A stretch of 64,000 nt of DNA from Podarcis cretensis (lineage: Eukaryota): contig OX638160.1 of NCBI GenBank assembly GCA_951804945.1, positions 40,300,001 through 40,364,000 on the forward strand. Reading direction: 5' to 3'. The translations under genes and the position numbers were made by a program. Below are positions 37,043 through 49,413 of the stretch, piece by piece. Every line of letters starts with the position of its first letter. The first letter of the stretch is position 1. The notes under the pieces were generated by a model, which did not search any database, was not told where the DNA came from, and saw only the letters and a program-made list of their open reading frames with translations.

Positions 37043-37440
37043 ACATAAAAACGTAAGAGGCTTGCTGGATCAGGCCAAAGGACCACCTAGGATCCTGTTC
37101 TCACAGTGGCCTATACTAGGACGCCAGCACGGACAACTGTTCTCTGCTATTGGAATTCCCAAGCAACTGCTTTGCAGAGGAATGTTGCCTTCAGCATTGT
37201 AGCTAATAACCTTTGATCGTTGTCTCCTCCAAGGGTTTGTCTAATCCTCCTTTGTCTAATGGATTCATCTAAGCTTCTAAGCCATTGCTACAGTTTGTGG
37301 AAACAAATTCCATAGTTTTGACTATGCACCGTGTAAAGGAAGTATTTTATTTTGTCTGTCCTGAATCTCCCAGCATTGATATTCATCGATTTTCCCCAGG
37401 TTCTAGCAGGAAAAGAAATGCTCTTTCTTTTTCCCTTTTC
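37043..37440 (-). mobile_element. Old CR1 3' end
   Basis: Minus-strand GRFRTDKIKYF; 3'UTR tgctggatcaggccaaagg..cctgttctcacagtggcc. Confidence 0.7.
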
Positions 37441-37444
37441 CAAA

Positions 37445-38480
37445 CCGAACATAACACCGGTCCTGAGAGATCTGCATTGGCTCCCAGTAAGTTTCAAAGT
37501 CGTGATCACTGCAGATGGTGACAGCAGCTACGAAATTAAAAGATGCCTGCTTCTTGGGAGAAAAGCAATGACAAAGCTAGACAGCATCTTAAAAAGCAGA
37601 GACATCACCTTGCCAGCAAAGGTCCGTATAGTTAAAGCCATGGTTTTCTCAGTAGTGATGTATGGAAGCGAGAGCTGGACCTTAAAGAAGGCTGATGCCA
37701 AAGAATTGATGCTTTTGAATTATGGTGCTGGAGGAGACTCTTGAGAGTCCCATGGACTGCAAGAAGATCAAACCGATCCATTCTTAAGGAAATCAGCCCT
37801 GAGTGCTCACTGAAAGGACAGATCCTGAAGCTGAGGCTCCAATGCTTTGGCCACCTCATGAGAAGAGAAGACTCCCTGGAAAAGACCCTGATGTTGGGAA
37901 AGATGGAGGGCACAAGGAGAAAGGGACAGCAGAGGACGAGATGGTTGGCTAGTGTTCTCGAAGCTACCAGCATGAGTTTGACCAAACTGCAGGAGGCAGT
38001 GGAAGACAGGAGTGCCTGGCGTGCTCTGGTCCATGGGGTCATGAAGAGTCGGACACGACTAAACGACTCAACAACACGTTTCCGAGCACAATTCAAAGTG
38101 TTGGTGCTGACCTTTAAAGCCCTAAATGACCTCGGTCCTGTATACCTGAAGGAGTGTCTCCACCCCCATCGTTCAGCCCGGACACTGAGATCCAGCGCCG
38201 AGGGCCTTCTGGCGGTTCCCTCATTGCGAGAAGCGAGGTTACAGGGAACCAGACAGAGGGCCTTCTTGGTAGTGGCGCCTGCCCTGTGGAACACCCTCCC
38301 TTCAGATGTGAAGGAAATAAGCAGCTATCCTATCTTTAAAAGACATCTGAAGGCAGCCTTGTTCAGGGAAGTTTTTAATATTTAATGCTGTACTGTTTTT
38401 AACATTTGATTGGGAGCTGCCCAGAGTGGCTGGGGAAACTCAGCCAGATGGGTGGGATATAAATAATTATTATTATTAGT
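37445..38480 (+). mobile_element. L2 LINE 3' end split by BovB
   Basis: ITPVLRDLHWLPV | RFRAQFKVLVLTFKAL..VAPALWNTLP..FKRHLKAALF; L2 3'UTR and tail. Confidence 0.92.
37501..38075 (+). mobile_element. BovB 3' fragment nested in L2
   Basis: ITADGDSSYEIKRCLLLGRKAMTKLDSILKSRDITL..HGVMKSRTRLND. Confidence 0.95.
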
Positions 38481-38643
38481 AGTAGTAGAAATTCCCCACC
38501 CAGTTTTTAGACAGAGAAACTAGGGGATAATTTCATCAAATTTCTCCATAGGGAAGAAACTCTCCAATGCTTTCTTAGGGTGGGGATTCCCGTTAGCAGT
38601 GTTGGCAACGCAGCATATTTCATTTTGCCTAACATTTTGTGCT

Positions 38644-38676
<33 letters not shown>

Positions 38677-41600
38677 AGCCATTGCATGTAGCAGCACCAG
38701 CTATAAATCCCCCACAATGCCCTATTGTGCCAGGCCATTATATGGAAGAAAATAGCAATGATTAGCCATTTCCCTCCCAAAATGGTAGAGAATATTTAGA
38801 AAACATTCTGCAAATTGGCCTTCTTTTCCTTTCGGGGTGGAGGGGTGGGGAGAAAAAGAAAAAGTCTCAGAAATTTGATCAAAAATGTCATTTTTTCCCT
38901 GAGAAGTTTCAGCTCATCCCCAAGATTGTTAGCGTTGCTTGTGCAAATGCTCAGAATGAGCTTCCGTGCACATGATAGTTTTCTGCGTCAGAGCAGAACA
39001 AGGCAGGAGCTCATTTATGGCGCCCAGTTCACTAATCACGGGACAGCTGGGAGGTGAGTGGATGATTTGGTAATTCCATAAACCAAGATCAACCCTGACC
39101 ACCTGCTCCCCAGTTTGATTGCCAGCTTCTTACATTACTTTTGATGAACACGGATAGAGCTGCATTAAAAGATGTGACACTCTGCCGCTAATTTATATTT
39201 CAAACAAACAGAGCCTTTAGTGAATCTATCTCAATTTGTCAGCACGCTGAGCTCTGCCAGTGTAGGATTCAATTCAGCTTGCATATACCTGTTCATTTTG
39301 TGACAGTTTGGTTGTCTTAATAAAGTTATTGCCCTAATGTGGATATTGGAATTTTTTCTTATGGGACAACATGACAACCTTTGTTTGTTTTTTAATTATC
39401 TTTTAAGTTATTCTTTTTATGAAAGTGGTAGGTGTAATACCCTACATGGTGCACTAGGTGGTGGTCTTGCTACACGAGCTGTACTTTTAAAAACCTGCAC
39501 AAAATACCTGGGCAGGAAAAGAAGGGGAGCAAAATTCCTTTTCTTCATAAAATTGGTGTGGCAGATTTAACAGTACTAGAATTAACAGTACTGGAAATCG
39601 GCATTCTGGATAGGAAGAGAAATGCATGTTGGTTTCATAATCGCAGATCTGAAGCAGCTGATTTCTCCCAACCCTCATAAAACTTACTTACACTGCAATC
39701 ACCGGAGCAAGTTGTTCTTCCCTGTTTCTTTATTCCCTAATGAAAGGTATAAAGTGCAAGAGAATTAATGGCTTTGGAGAAGTAATTCGTGACCTGTGTT
39801 GATTTGCAGCTGCACTGGACTTGTCAAATGTCTCCTTTAACCATTTGCCTTTCATCATTTCAGTTGCTCTCACTGTACTCTCAGTGTGCAATTATTTAAA
39901 AAAGGATGAATAAAATCAGTTTTTATTCTAATGTTTCCTCATTTCAACTTACAAAATGTGGGTGGATTTAAGGAAGTGGGATAAGTTTGGCCCCCTGGTA
40001 TGTCCCCCTGATCTTCCATTGCCAACCTACAAGAGGGGAAGATGGACTTTGCAATCAGAAGCTATCAAACCACTTGAGGGAATGTACGTCCATCACTGGC
40101 TTCTGAAATTCCCTTTCAGGAAAACTAGTTGCTAGCCTTTACCTAAATTCCTGATCCACCCTCCTTTCTGAACAACATCACTGATCCTTTCTCCTTTTGA
40201 TCCCACTCAGTCCTGGATTTGCACACAAGCTAAGTCAGCCACAGTTTAGGGTCTCCGTTTCCAAGGGGCCTATAAATGCAAATAAATTGGTAAATGGCAA
40301 TAACTGATTAAAATATAGATAGGCTTACTGCAAATTTTAGTTGGATCCTTAGCGTTTTCATTGCATCCTTGCCTTATGTACATATCATAAAATATGCAAA
40401 TTTATATACACATAGACATGGTATATATGCAAATATGAAACTTTACTATTTCTATGCTTATTTTCCTTTCTGTTAGAATAATTCCCCCCTTTTTTGTTAA
40501 CCCTATGGGGCCTCCCTCAGCAGGTCTTAATCTGGCTCTTTGCCATGCCTTCCCCCTTATCCTTTCTCCCAGTTTGCTTTTCCCTGTTGACAGTCATCTA
40601 AGATAGCCATCTTTTAATTCCATTTCTATTTATTTTTCTCCAGTGCTAAGCACAGTTTCATTGGCTAGGCTCAAGGCGGAAAACCACCATCTCGCCTGTA
40701 TTACCATATTTGTATATTAAGGTTTCTGTGGATCCCACAGGAAAAAAATATTTACATTATCAATAAACAGTAGTCTTCTGAGGAGCCACTCAGACTGTAA
40801 AAGAGTTGTGGTTTTTTATTTTTTGGAAAATAATAGCAAAAGCAATTTAAAATCTCCCTGGTGTTCCTCTTCTGCATCGTCATTCAACATGACCTGCCAT
40901 AATAGCTAAGGTTTAACACAAGAATGTGAGGAGCGCTGTCCGCTGTTTCCAAATAATTTCATTGTGCAGGTTCATATAAATCTTTGAATCTTTGGGGGTG
41001 GGGCGGGGCTGTGTCCAGTTAGAGGAGCTCATACATCAAAAGGGTTAAGGGGAAATTGTATTATAAGGACTTTCCTTGTGAACTAGAGTCATTCCAGATT
41101 GCTCACATATTCGTTAGGTGATCTGGGTAGAGCAGCAGCGTTGCGATGGAAAAGTAATTAGCCACTCTCCAGATTAGATCTGAATACTGTTAAAAGTATG
41201 ACTCAAACCAATAAAAGCAAGGAAATTCAAGGATAATTTTGTTACCATGTTACATTTGTACAGCAGAGGGCCCTTACTGGAATAAGGAACTTATGGTGCT
41301 TAGAAGGGCAAGGGCTCCTGAACAAACCCCATTGCAAGGAACAGGATCAGCAGGCCAGCATGGTTGTGATATCCTAAGGTTGCCATCCTATGCACACTTA
41401 TTTGAAAGTAAGCCTCATGGGGTGCAACGGAGCTTATGCCTTAGCAAATATGCATAAGGTTTGGGTTATAAGTGAATTTAGGGTTGTGTGTGAACTTTGG
41501 GCTTCTCTGGACGACGTATTTATTGCACACTCATCCTGATTTGCTTGCACAAAGCTTATGCGGAGGTTAGATTATGTCCAGTGTTTGTTGCAGATTTGTC

Positions 41601-41764
41601 CATGTGGTGATATGACAATGGGCATTCATCCTGAATTCAGCTTGATTTTCTTGCAGGGTGTTTATACATATTCCTGTTAACCTTTCTTGCTTTTTAATGC
41701 ATCCCCCCTTCACTTTACTAGGTGGAACATGCCCATTCCCTTTTGAAAGTGGAGTTGTTGTTGT

Positions 41765-41985
41765 TGTTACATTTATAACCCAACTTTACTTCCAAGAGCT
41801 CAAGGTGGTGTACATGGTTCTTCCCTTTCTCATTTAATCCTCACAACAACCCTGTGAGGTACTGTAGGTTAGGCAGAGAGAGAGAGAGAGAGAGAGGGAA
41901 AGAAACTAACCCAAGGCCACCCAGTGAACTTCATGGCAGACTGGGATTTGAACTCTGATCTCCTTGGTCCTAGTCTGGCACTCCA
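41765..41985 (-). mobile_element. Older MIR/CORE-type SINE containing (AG)n
   Basis: aatcctcacaacaaccctgtgaggta..cccaaggccacccag..gggatttgaactc. Confidence 0.75.
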
Positions 41986-42083
41986 ACTTGGCAAATTATT
42001 CGTTGCACTAGGATGGCAAAGCACATTAATTGCACAAACCTACATTTCCAAATATGAACTTGAATCCCCATCACAAAGCACTG

Positions 42084-42460
42084 AATAATAATAATAATAA
42101 TAATAATTTATTTATACTCCGCCCATCTGGCTGGGTATCCCCTGCCACTCTGGGCAGCTCCCAACTGAATATTAAAAACACGAGAAAACATCAGACATTA
42201 AAAACTTCCCTAAACAGGGCTACCTTCAGATGTCTTCTAAAAGTCAGATAGTTGTTTATTTCCTTGGCATCTGAGGGGAGGGCATTCCACAGGGCGGGCG
42301 CTACTACTGAGAAGGCCCTCTGCCTGGTTCCTTGTAACCTCACTTCTCACAGGGAGGGAACCACCAGAAGGCCCTCTGAGGTGGACCTCAGTGTCCGGGA
42401 AGAACAGGTATACTGAGCCGAGGCCATTTTGGGCTTTAAAGGTCAGCACCAAAACTTTGA
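42084..42460 (-). mobile_element. L2 LINE 3' end (internal deletion)
   Basis: VLTFKA..LGSVYL; L2 UTR; (AAT)n on the plus strand. Confidence 0.88.
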
Positions 42461-42529
42461 TAGTCTGGGGGCAACCTTAATCAGAAGCTCAGTTGAACAG
42501 ATTGCTTCCAAGTGAACATCCAACCAGCT

Positions 42530-42672
42530 ATCATAGAATCATAGAGACTTGGAAGGGACCTTAAGGGTCATCTAGTCCAACCCCTTGCAATGCAGGAATC
42601 TTTTGCCCAACGTGGGGCTTGAACCCATGAGCCTGAGATTAAGAGCCTCAAGCCCTACTGACTGAGCTAACC
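42530..42672 (-). mobile_element. tRNA-Lys(CTT)-derived SINE with CR1 3' tail
   Basis: Minus strand tagctcagtcagtag..ctcttaatctcagg..gggttcaagccccacgttgggc, followed by ttggactagatgacc..tctatgattctatgat. Confidence 0.85.
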
Positions 42673-43939
42673 TAGGAATGGACTGTGCAACCTTTACGAG
42701 TTGAAGTGAATTCCCAGCATAACAGCTACTACTCTTGTATTTCTAGGCAGTCAGTTCTGAGCTTTGGAAATAACATGTTCACTTTCCTTCTAACCAAGCT
42801 TTATCTTGTGAGAAGGGAGCAAACTGGCTGCATGAACATGTTTTTTCTTCCCTGAAGGACTTTTTCAGGATTGGCAGATCCTTCAAGGATGAAACAACAC
42901 TTTCAAAATAAAATTTCTTAATATTTTTAAAAATCATAATCCTTTATGGGGATTGAACCTGCAACCTGGGCATTATCAGCACCAACCAACTGCAGACCTC
43001 CTAACTGGCCCATCATTTTGCAGGATAATCCAGCATTGATGTAGAAATCCTTCTGTCGTCCATTAATGAGAAGGAGAGAGTGACCCACAAATATTATTTA
43101 TACGTACTGGTGCCATGACCACAGAGGACAGAATTATGCCAGGTGGTTTCACCCCCATAGAAGAAAATCTTTTTAAAATTAAGGCTGGCTTTAAATTTAT
43201 GCATTTATTTAAAATAGTCCCAAACCACATGAAAGATCTAGAACTAATATATATAAAAAGCACCTTAATATTCATTTCCCAATTCCGTTTCTTCATATGT
43301 TTTGAAACTCTATCTCTTGCTAATCCAATTGTAAGTCAAAATGCTTGTTAATGTTTTATTCCCCAGCTTTATAAAAGGACGGGAGGGTAACGACAATAAA
43401 AGGGTAATGTACTGTGAGTAAGAACAAAGAATAATCCCAATCATATATTATGTTCAGACCAAGTTAACGACTGCAGAGAGTTTCTGCTGGCTCCTATGTT
43501 TCAGTGGCCTCGTGAGAACGAAAAGCTAATAAAGCCATTACTCAGAATGGAAGGTAGCTGGTGAGTTAGAGCAAACTTCAGAAGCAGATTTTTCAAAATT
43601 AAGGATAAGCTATTGTTGCCCTGCTCAGGGTGCATCTGTGTGTCTTATCTCACCAGTCTCTACCTATGAGATGCACATAGTTATGTAATATTCAGGGGAA
43701 CTCTGGTTCTTGCTTTTCCCAGGGTGGGAAAATCAAAGCTGATTTAATGAACTGGATAAGGAAGAAAATGTGATGTGCTTTATAGCATCCCCAGGCTAAA
43801 GAAATGAGTGGTGTTTCTCAAAGGAGACACAGAGCAGTAAGGAGAGAAGGGTGATGGAAAAGGCTTATCTGATTCTGGCTATCTTGGGCTCCAATTACAT
43901 GTTAGGCAGAGTTCTGTGATATTTTGCTCCACTTTTTAA

Positions 43940-43941
<2 letters not shown>

Positions 43942-43971
<30 letters not shown>
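43942..43971. repeat. (CA)n microsatellite
   Basis: Direct reading. Confidence 0.95.
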
Positions 43972-43973
<2 letters not shown>

Positions 43974-44231
43974 AGCCTTTGGTAGGTTGAGGCTGAAGGG
44001 AAGACGGGTAGATGGTTCCTTGACTCTTATTTTTTATCTCAAAATTGCACTGCTCAAACTGCTGTTTTACTTACAGACATGAATGCATTTAGTTGAGATT
44101 CCTTCATTGCAAGGAGTTAAGACTAGATGGGATTCAGGTCCCTTCCAACCCTACACTTCTGTGGTTCTATGACGCTATGAAGATACGGGGAATGTATTGT
44201 CCCCCATATCTCACACATGGGTGGAAATGTT

Positions 44232-44455
44232 GCCCATGGAAAAATGTTTTTGCCCAAAAGTGGAAAGAGGATGAGGTCCTGACGAAAGAACATTGGATAC
44301 AGAAACTAACGGAGTATGCACAGAAATGGCGAAACTTACCAGAAGAATAAGAAATCAAGATAACAAACTTTTTAGAAAGGAATGGAAGTGGTTTATTGAG
44401 TATTTGGAAACAAACTGTAAACACATTAAGACATTGGAGGATTATTGTAGAAGCC

Positions 44456-44508
<53 letters not shown>

Positions 44509-44720
44509 ACTTATTCTTTTATTCATCTATTCATATATATATATATGAACAGACAAACAAAAGAATATGTCAAGATAATTTGGAGTATGCAGGAAAGGAT
44601 GAAAATAAATGTAAAGAACCACAGAAATAGGGGGTTAGGGAGTCAAAACTGAAAATGTTAAAACTTGGCAAAATAATTGTTGTGTATGAATGACAATTAT
44701 AAATAAAAATTTAAAAGGAA
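44232..44720 (+). mobile_element. L1-like LINE ORF2 C-terminus and 3'UTR, with (TG)n at 44461-44505
   Basis: AQKWKEDEVLTKEHWIQKLTEYA / EMAKLTRRIRNQDNKLFRKEWKWFIEYL; aataaa near the end. Confidence 0.7.
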
Positions 44721-45354
44721 GAAAGAAGATGCTACTCAAGGATTTTGAGCTCACAAAGGACAGATAAACAACTTTTTTTCTCACATCTTCTTGAGCAGGA
44801 TCAGACTTCCGGTTTCCCAGTGCTGCATCCCAATAATATAAAGCATGCAGAAGAAAGAATAATTGAACTCTGATTGACAATCCAGTTTGAACCTATAAGG
44901 CTGCAATGCTAAGTGCTTTTTAGGGAGTAAGTCCCACTGAGCTCAGTAAATGTGCTTAAGATTGTGCTCCACTGAGCTGGATGAGCCAGTTGTCAGACTC
45001 AGTAGAGAGAAATTTCCTATGCTCCCTATTTTATTGCTGCTATTTCTAAATTGAGACTCCGTTACCAATCTACTGCAAATCACCCAGAGAGCTACTAGTA
45101 TATTCCCAATCTACTTTCTGATCACCCCTGCTCTAAACCACCATTCAGACATGAAAAGTGAAGGAATCTGATCCTATTTTTAACTATTGTGCGTGAATAA
45201 CCCATACAAAAACACAGTTGTTCACCTATTTGGATGCTTGATAATGCTATACAGTACTATTCAGTTACTGTTTAAATAATGGACATTTTATAATGTTTTT
45301 GTTTTTTATTTGTATCTCCTGCATTTTTGTTTTATAATTTTTGTAAACCTTTTT

Positions 45355-46220
45355 TTGCGTGGACAGGCAGAGTCCCCCCAACCCCAGGTGACCCCCGAGT
45401 GGAATAATGACTTAAGACAACGTGCTCTGGGATTAAAATTGGCCACAACTTTATTAAGTTTCAGATGTAGGGAGACCTTGGCTCAGGCATTGGGCGTTTA
45501 TCCTTCCCAGTCTCCAGCTGGGGATCTGGGGAACTTCAGGGTTATCCAGAATGTGTGGGGATTGGGCTGGCTCTGGAGAAAATATGTTCAAGCAGAGAGC
45601 CAGCCCCCTGTTTTGCCGCTGTCACAAGGGAAAGCAATGACAACCTTTCGGTGTATGGTCAATGCCTCCCCTCAAGACCCCTTTAATGGGGAACCCTGGG
45701 ATCACCGCTGCAAAGGGGGCATGGGTCAGCACTTCACCCCCCCCCCATTTAGGGAAGATAGACTAAAGGATTCCGCCCAAGGCATGAAACCCCAAAGTTG
45801 TGACATTTTGCTAGGGGGAAGGCAAAACTTGCCAATGCAGGAAAATTCCTTTCCAGCCTTTCAACAGCAACCATGACGTAGCAGCGCCCGCATACATGTG
45901 GAGAAGAGGTTAACCTGCAAAAGAAGGCTTAACTGAGGGAGGGCAGGGTGGGAGTAGCTCTGGAGCCTACTGACACTTTGCAGGTAAGATTTGCCTTCTG
46001 TTGTGTGGGCAGGACAGTCCCTCCCCTTACCTGGCTGATCCCCTGGCAACGTCTCCCCAGGTGGGATTGGGCGATTGGTTGAGGTAGGCGGAGACCTCCA
46101 GGTATCCAGCCTGGGGAGGGCAAAGCCAGCCCGTACTATGGGAGCCACATTGGGATCCAGGGGGCTGCATGCAACGAAGCAAAAGTCACCCCCCCCCATT
46201 TGATGTGGGGAGCGGTCATT
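45355..46220 (-). mobile_element. Solo terminal-repeat-like element without TG..CA ends (DIRS/Ngaro-like, inferred), second subfamily
   Basis: Minus strand ccgctccccacat..G-run start; tagcaaaatgtcacaac; aataaagttgtggcca; ends ccacgcaa; CAA at both junctions. Confidence 0.65.
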
Positions 46221-46466
46221 TTGATTTATTTATGTTTTTGCCAAAAATGTTAAGCGGTATACAAAATGTTCTTGATAAATAAATACACATAGTAAATTAT
46301 CCTTGGAGAACGGCTGGGAAGTTAGTTCCCTTCTATCGATGTGCAGCTTAGCTAACCTTTTTTTCTTGAATACTATGGACATAAAAGTGACTAAATCTTC
46401 AGCCCATTTGCACGGACATTCCAGTTCAATGATGATCATATTTAAGACATCCTAATGCAAATACAA

Positions 46467-46823
46467 GCGGGACGCGGGTGGCGCTGTGGGTAAAAGCCTC
46501 ACGCCTAGGGCTTGCCGATCGAAAGGTCGCGGTTCGAATCCCCGTGGCGGGGTGCGCTCCCATCGTTCGGTCCCAGTGCCTGCCAACCTAGCAGTTCGAA
46601 AGCACCCCCGGGTGCAAGTAGATAAATAGGGACCGCTTACCAGCGGGAAGGTAAACGGCGTTTCCGTGTGCGGCTCCGGCTCGCCAGAGCAGCGATGTCA
46701 CGCTGGCCACGTGATCCGGAAGTGTTTCCGGACAGTGCTGGCCCCCGGCCTCTTGAGTGAGATGGGCGCACAACCCTAGAGTCTGTCAAGACTGGCCCGT
46801 ATGGGCAGGGGTACCTTTACCTT
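46467..46823 (+). mobile_element. Full-length young Sauria SINE, divergent subfamily
   Basis: CpG-rich; ggttcgaatcc B-box; 14-bp TSD TAATGCAAATACAA; 3' body differs from the other copies. Confidence 0.93.
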
Positions 46824-49190
46824 TAATGCAAATACAATTTGTAGCCTCGTGCCAGAAAATTGTGCAAAGATGCGGTTAGAAGTGTAACATGCTGATGTTT
46901 GTGCAAGTGTTAATTTTTGGTAACTAGAGGGCATATTATATTTGTGGACTACTATGGCACACATGGCCTTGATAGAAGACAAGCCTCCCAGAGTCTGATT
47001 AAAGCTACTATGTATTGAAACTGAAAGAAGTGACTAGAAATTGTTGCCTTAGCACAACTAATGATCTATAGTTCTCTCCTCTCCTCTGAAAAAGCAAATT
47101 GCCTCCTTCTGTAATAGTCTATCATAATAAAAATAATCTCAGGAAATCATTGAGGTGCTTTGATGGCAAGAAAGTGATATAGAAATAGATCTGGACTATT
47201 ACAGTGCAATGGGTATTCCTTATCATTAGTATACAGTACGGTACCAATAGTTTACAACTAGAGAATAGAAGGCCTGAACCAGAGAACTATAAAAGCAGCA
47301 GGAAGATTTTGCATATTAATAACTAGCCCTGTTGCTGTATTTATATGCTGCTGGTTTTACAACTACAAGACAAATGCAGTAGACAATAGCTGGGGTTGGA
47401 CTAGATGGCCCTTGGACTCTTCCAACCCCACAATTGTATGATTCTATGTTTGGAGCCAGCCATCATCCTGAAGCTGACACCCACAGCCACACTAAGTGGG
47501 AAATTCTACTGTCAAGGTTAGTTTTCATGCTTAATTGCTATGTTCTGTAGTTATCCACATGCAAGCAGGCAGGCTCTGTTCCTGACAAATCCTTGCAGAT
47601 CTTGCTGTGGGAGGAAGAAATTGATAAATCTGTACCATGGAAGGATGTGTTGGGAGGTAAACAGCTAAGTCTATATCTGGAACTGCGCTTAAGTGTGCTA
47701 TATCTGTTTTGAGTTCTCTAGCTCTGTGTCACTATCTCAAATTACAGGGGAAGCCCTTACTGCATTGAGTAATACTTTCCCCCTGAAAGTAATTCCACGT
47801 GCTTGGGGTTTTCTCTCTCTCTTTTGCATCTAATTATGGTGCAATTTTTGTTCAAATAATTGAAACTGAATTTGTGATGAAATATTACTACAAATGTGGA
47901 TGGTTTTTTAAAATTAATAATAAAAGGTGTGTACCTTAGGACAATTGTACTTTTATTCATCATCCTAACTTTCAGAATTCTATATCATAAAGCAGAATCA
48001 CATTACTTCAAATCATAAAGCATCACATTTTATTGGCCCAAACCCGACAGGCTCTTGTTTACAAAATAAGGAGCAAACAGTTGTACTGATAATTCGTAGC
48101 TCTCGTAAGACCCAAGACATCAGAAACCACAGCCATACCATAGTGCTGACAATCTCAGAATTGATATCAGTTCTTGATGGTTACAAATTCAGAGAGAGGC
48201 TGCAAACCAGCTAAAGCAAAGCGTCTTTAAGTCCCAATGGTTTGGAAGGCTGAGCAAATGCTTAACACTGTCCCACTGAAATCAGTTGGACCTAAATTTA
48301 AAGTGCAATTCTATGAACTCAAACGTATGTTTGTATAGGCGTGCATCCAAAGTCCTGTTGACATTATTACTTTCATTGCTCATCATTTTTTTACTTTTCA
48401 GCCTGTTGTGTCATGACCACCAGGGTCTTGTCAAGAATTAGGGCATGGACTGGCATGATCAGACAAATGAGAAGGAGGACAGTGAAGGAGAAGTGTGTGT
48501 GTGTGAGAGAGAATTGTGGGAACCAGAGATAGTGGACAGAGTTTCTTCCCTTTTGACTCCAGCCACTATGGGGGAGAGAGAAGGAACGCTGGTTTTCTCC
48601 TCTACCAACTCTCCCCTCTTGATCAGCTGCTGGGGGGCCTGGGGTTAGAGAATAGAAATGACCTACTGTACCCCCACCTCCCAGTTGCTACCCGTAAAAG
48701 TGATGTGTTTGTCAAGCAATTCTAAAAAGCAGCTCGGAAGAAAAGTTCATTTGGAGTCAACTGTTCATGTATCTTGTTATTCTCAGATCTACTTCCCATC
48801 ATTCATTGAACTTGGGTAAAAGACCATAATGTGTCAGCAGGCAACATGACTTTACACAATACAGTTCCTTGCCTTACTAGAGTCTAGAAACTAGAGAAAA
48901 AGGGGGTTAAGGGAATACCCTCATAATTGCCATTACAAAAAGATTTAGTCGACTTTCTGATGTAAACATTGTACATCGGCTCTATGGGTGGGCTGAATAA
49001 TGAGGCAAATCTGGGTGATTTGTAAGTCTCTGCCTCTGAGTTAAAGCACAAAGTCAATATACCCTTTAGTTAGTTCAGGCCCCCCTCAAAGTCTTGTTTC
49101 TTCCTGTCACCCTGTTGTTTCTGTACCTTATAGTTTCATGGTTTCCTATATCTCTGTGTTTCCCTAGCTTGATGCACTTCACAAGAAGCG

Positions 49191-49413
49191 AGGCTTTGGA
49201 AAATGTTTCCTGCAGAACACTGAAGAGCTCTGGATTATTATTTTTTTTTGGTCAAATTGCAGCAGTGAAATAATTTCTTAAAAAATTATTTAAGAGCTTC
49301 ATTTGAGGTTTTGTTTTTTTTATTAAAAAAAAAACAACCACCTACATTGCTCTGCTTTAACAACAAAGGAAACAGAGCTCTTCAGAATTTTTCTGGCAAC
49401 GTTTTGGACAGCC
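49191..49413. mobile_element. Old inverted-repeat element (MITE)
   Basis: ctgaagagctctg (~49220) and cagagctcttcag (~49373) in inverted orientation. Confidence 0.45.

Noticed and set aside
42600-42672. Functional tRNA-Lys gene
   Set aside because: Multiple stem-breaking substitutions and direct fusion to a CR1 tail, so a retroposed SINE
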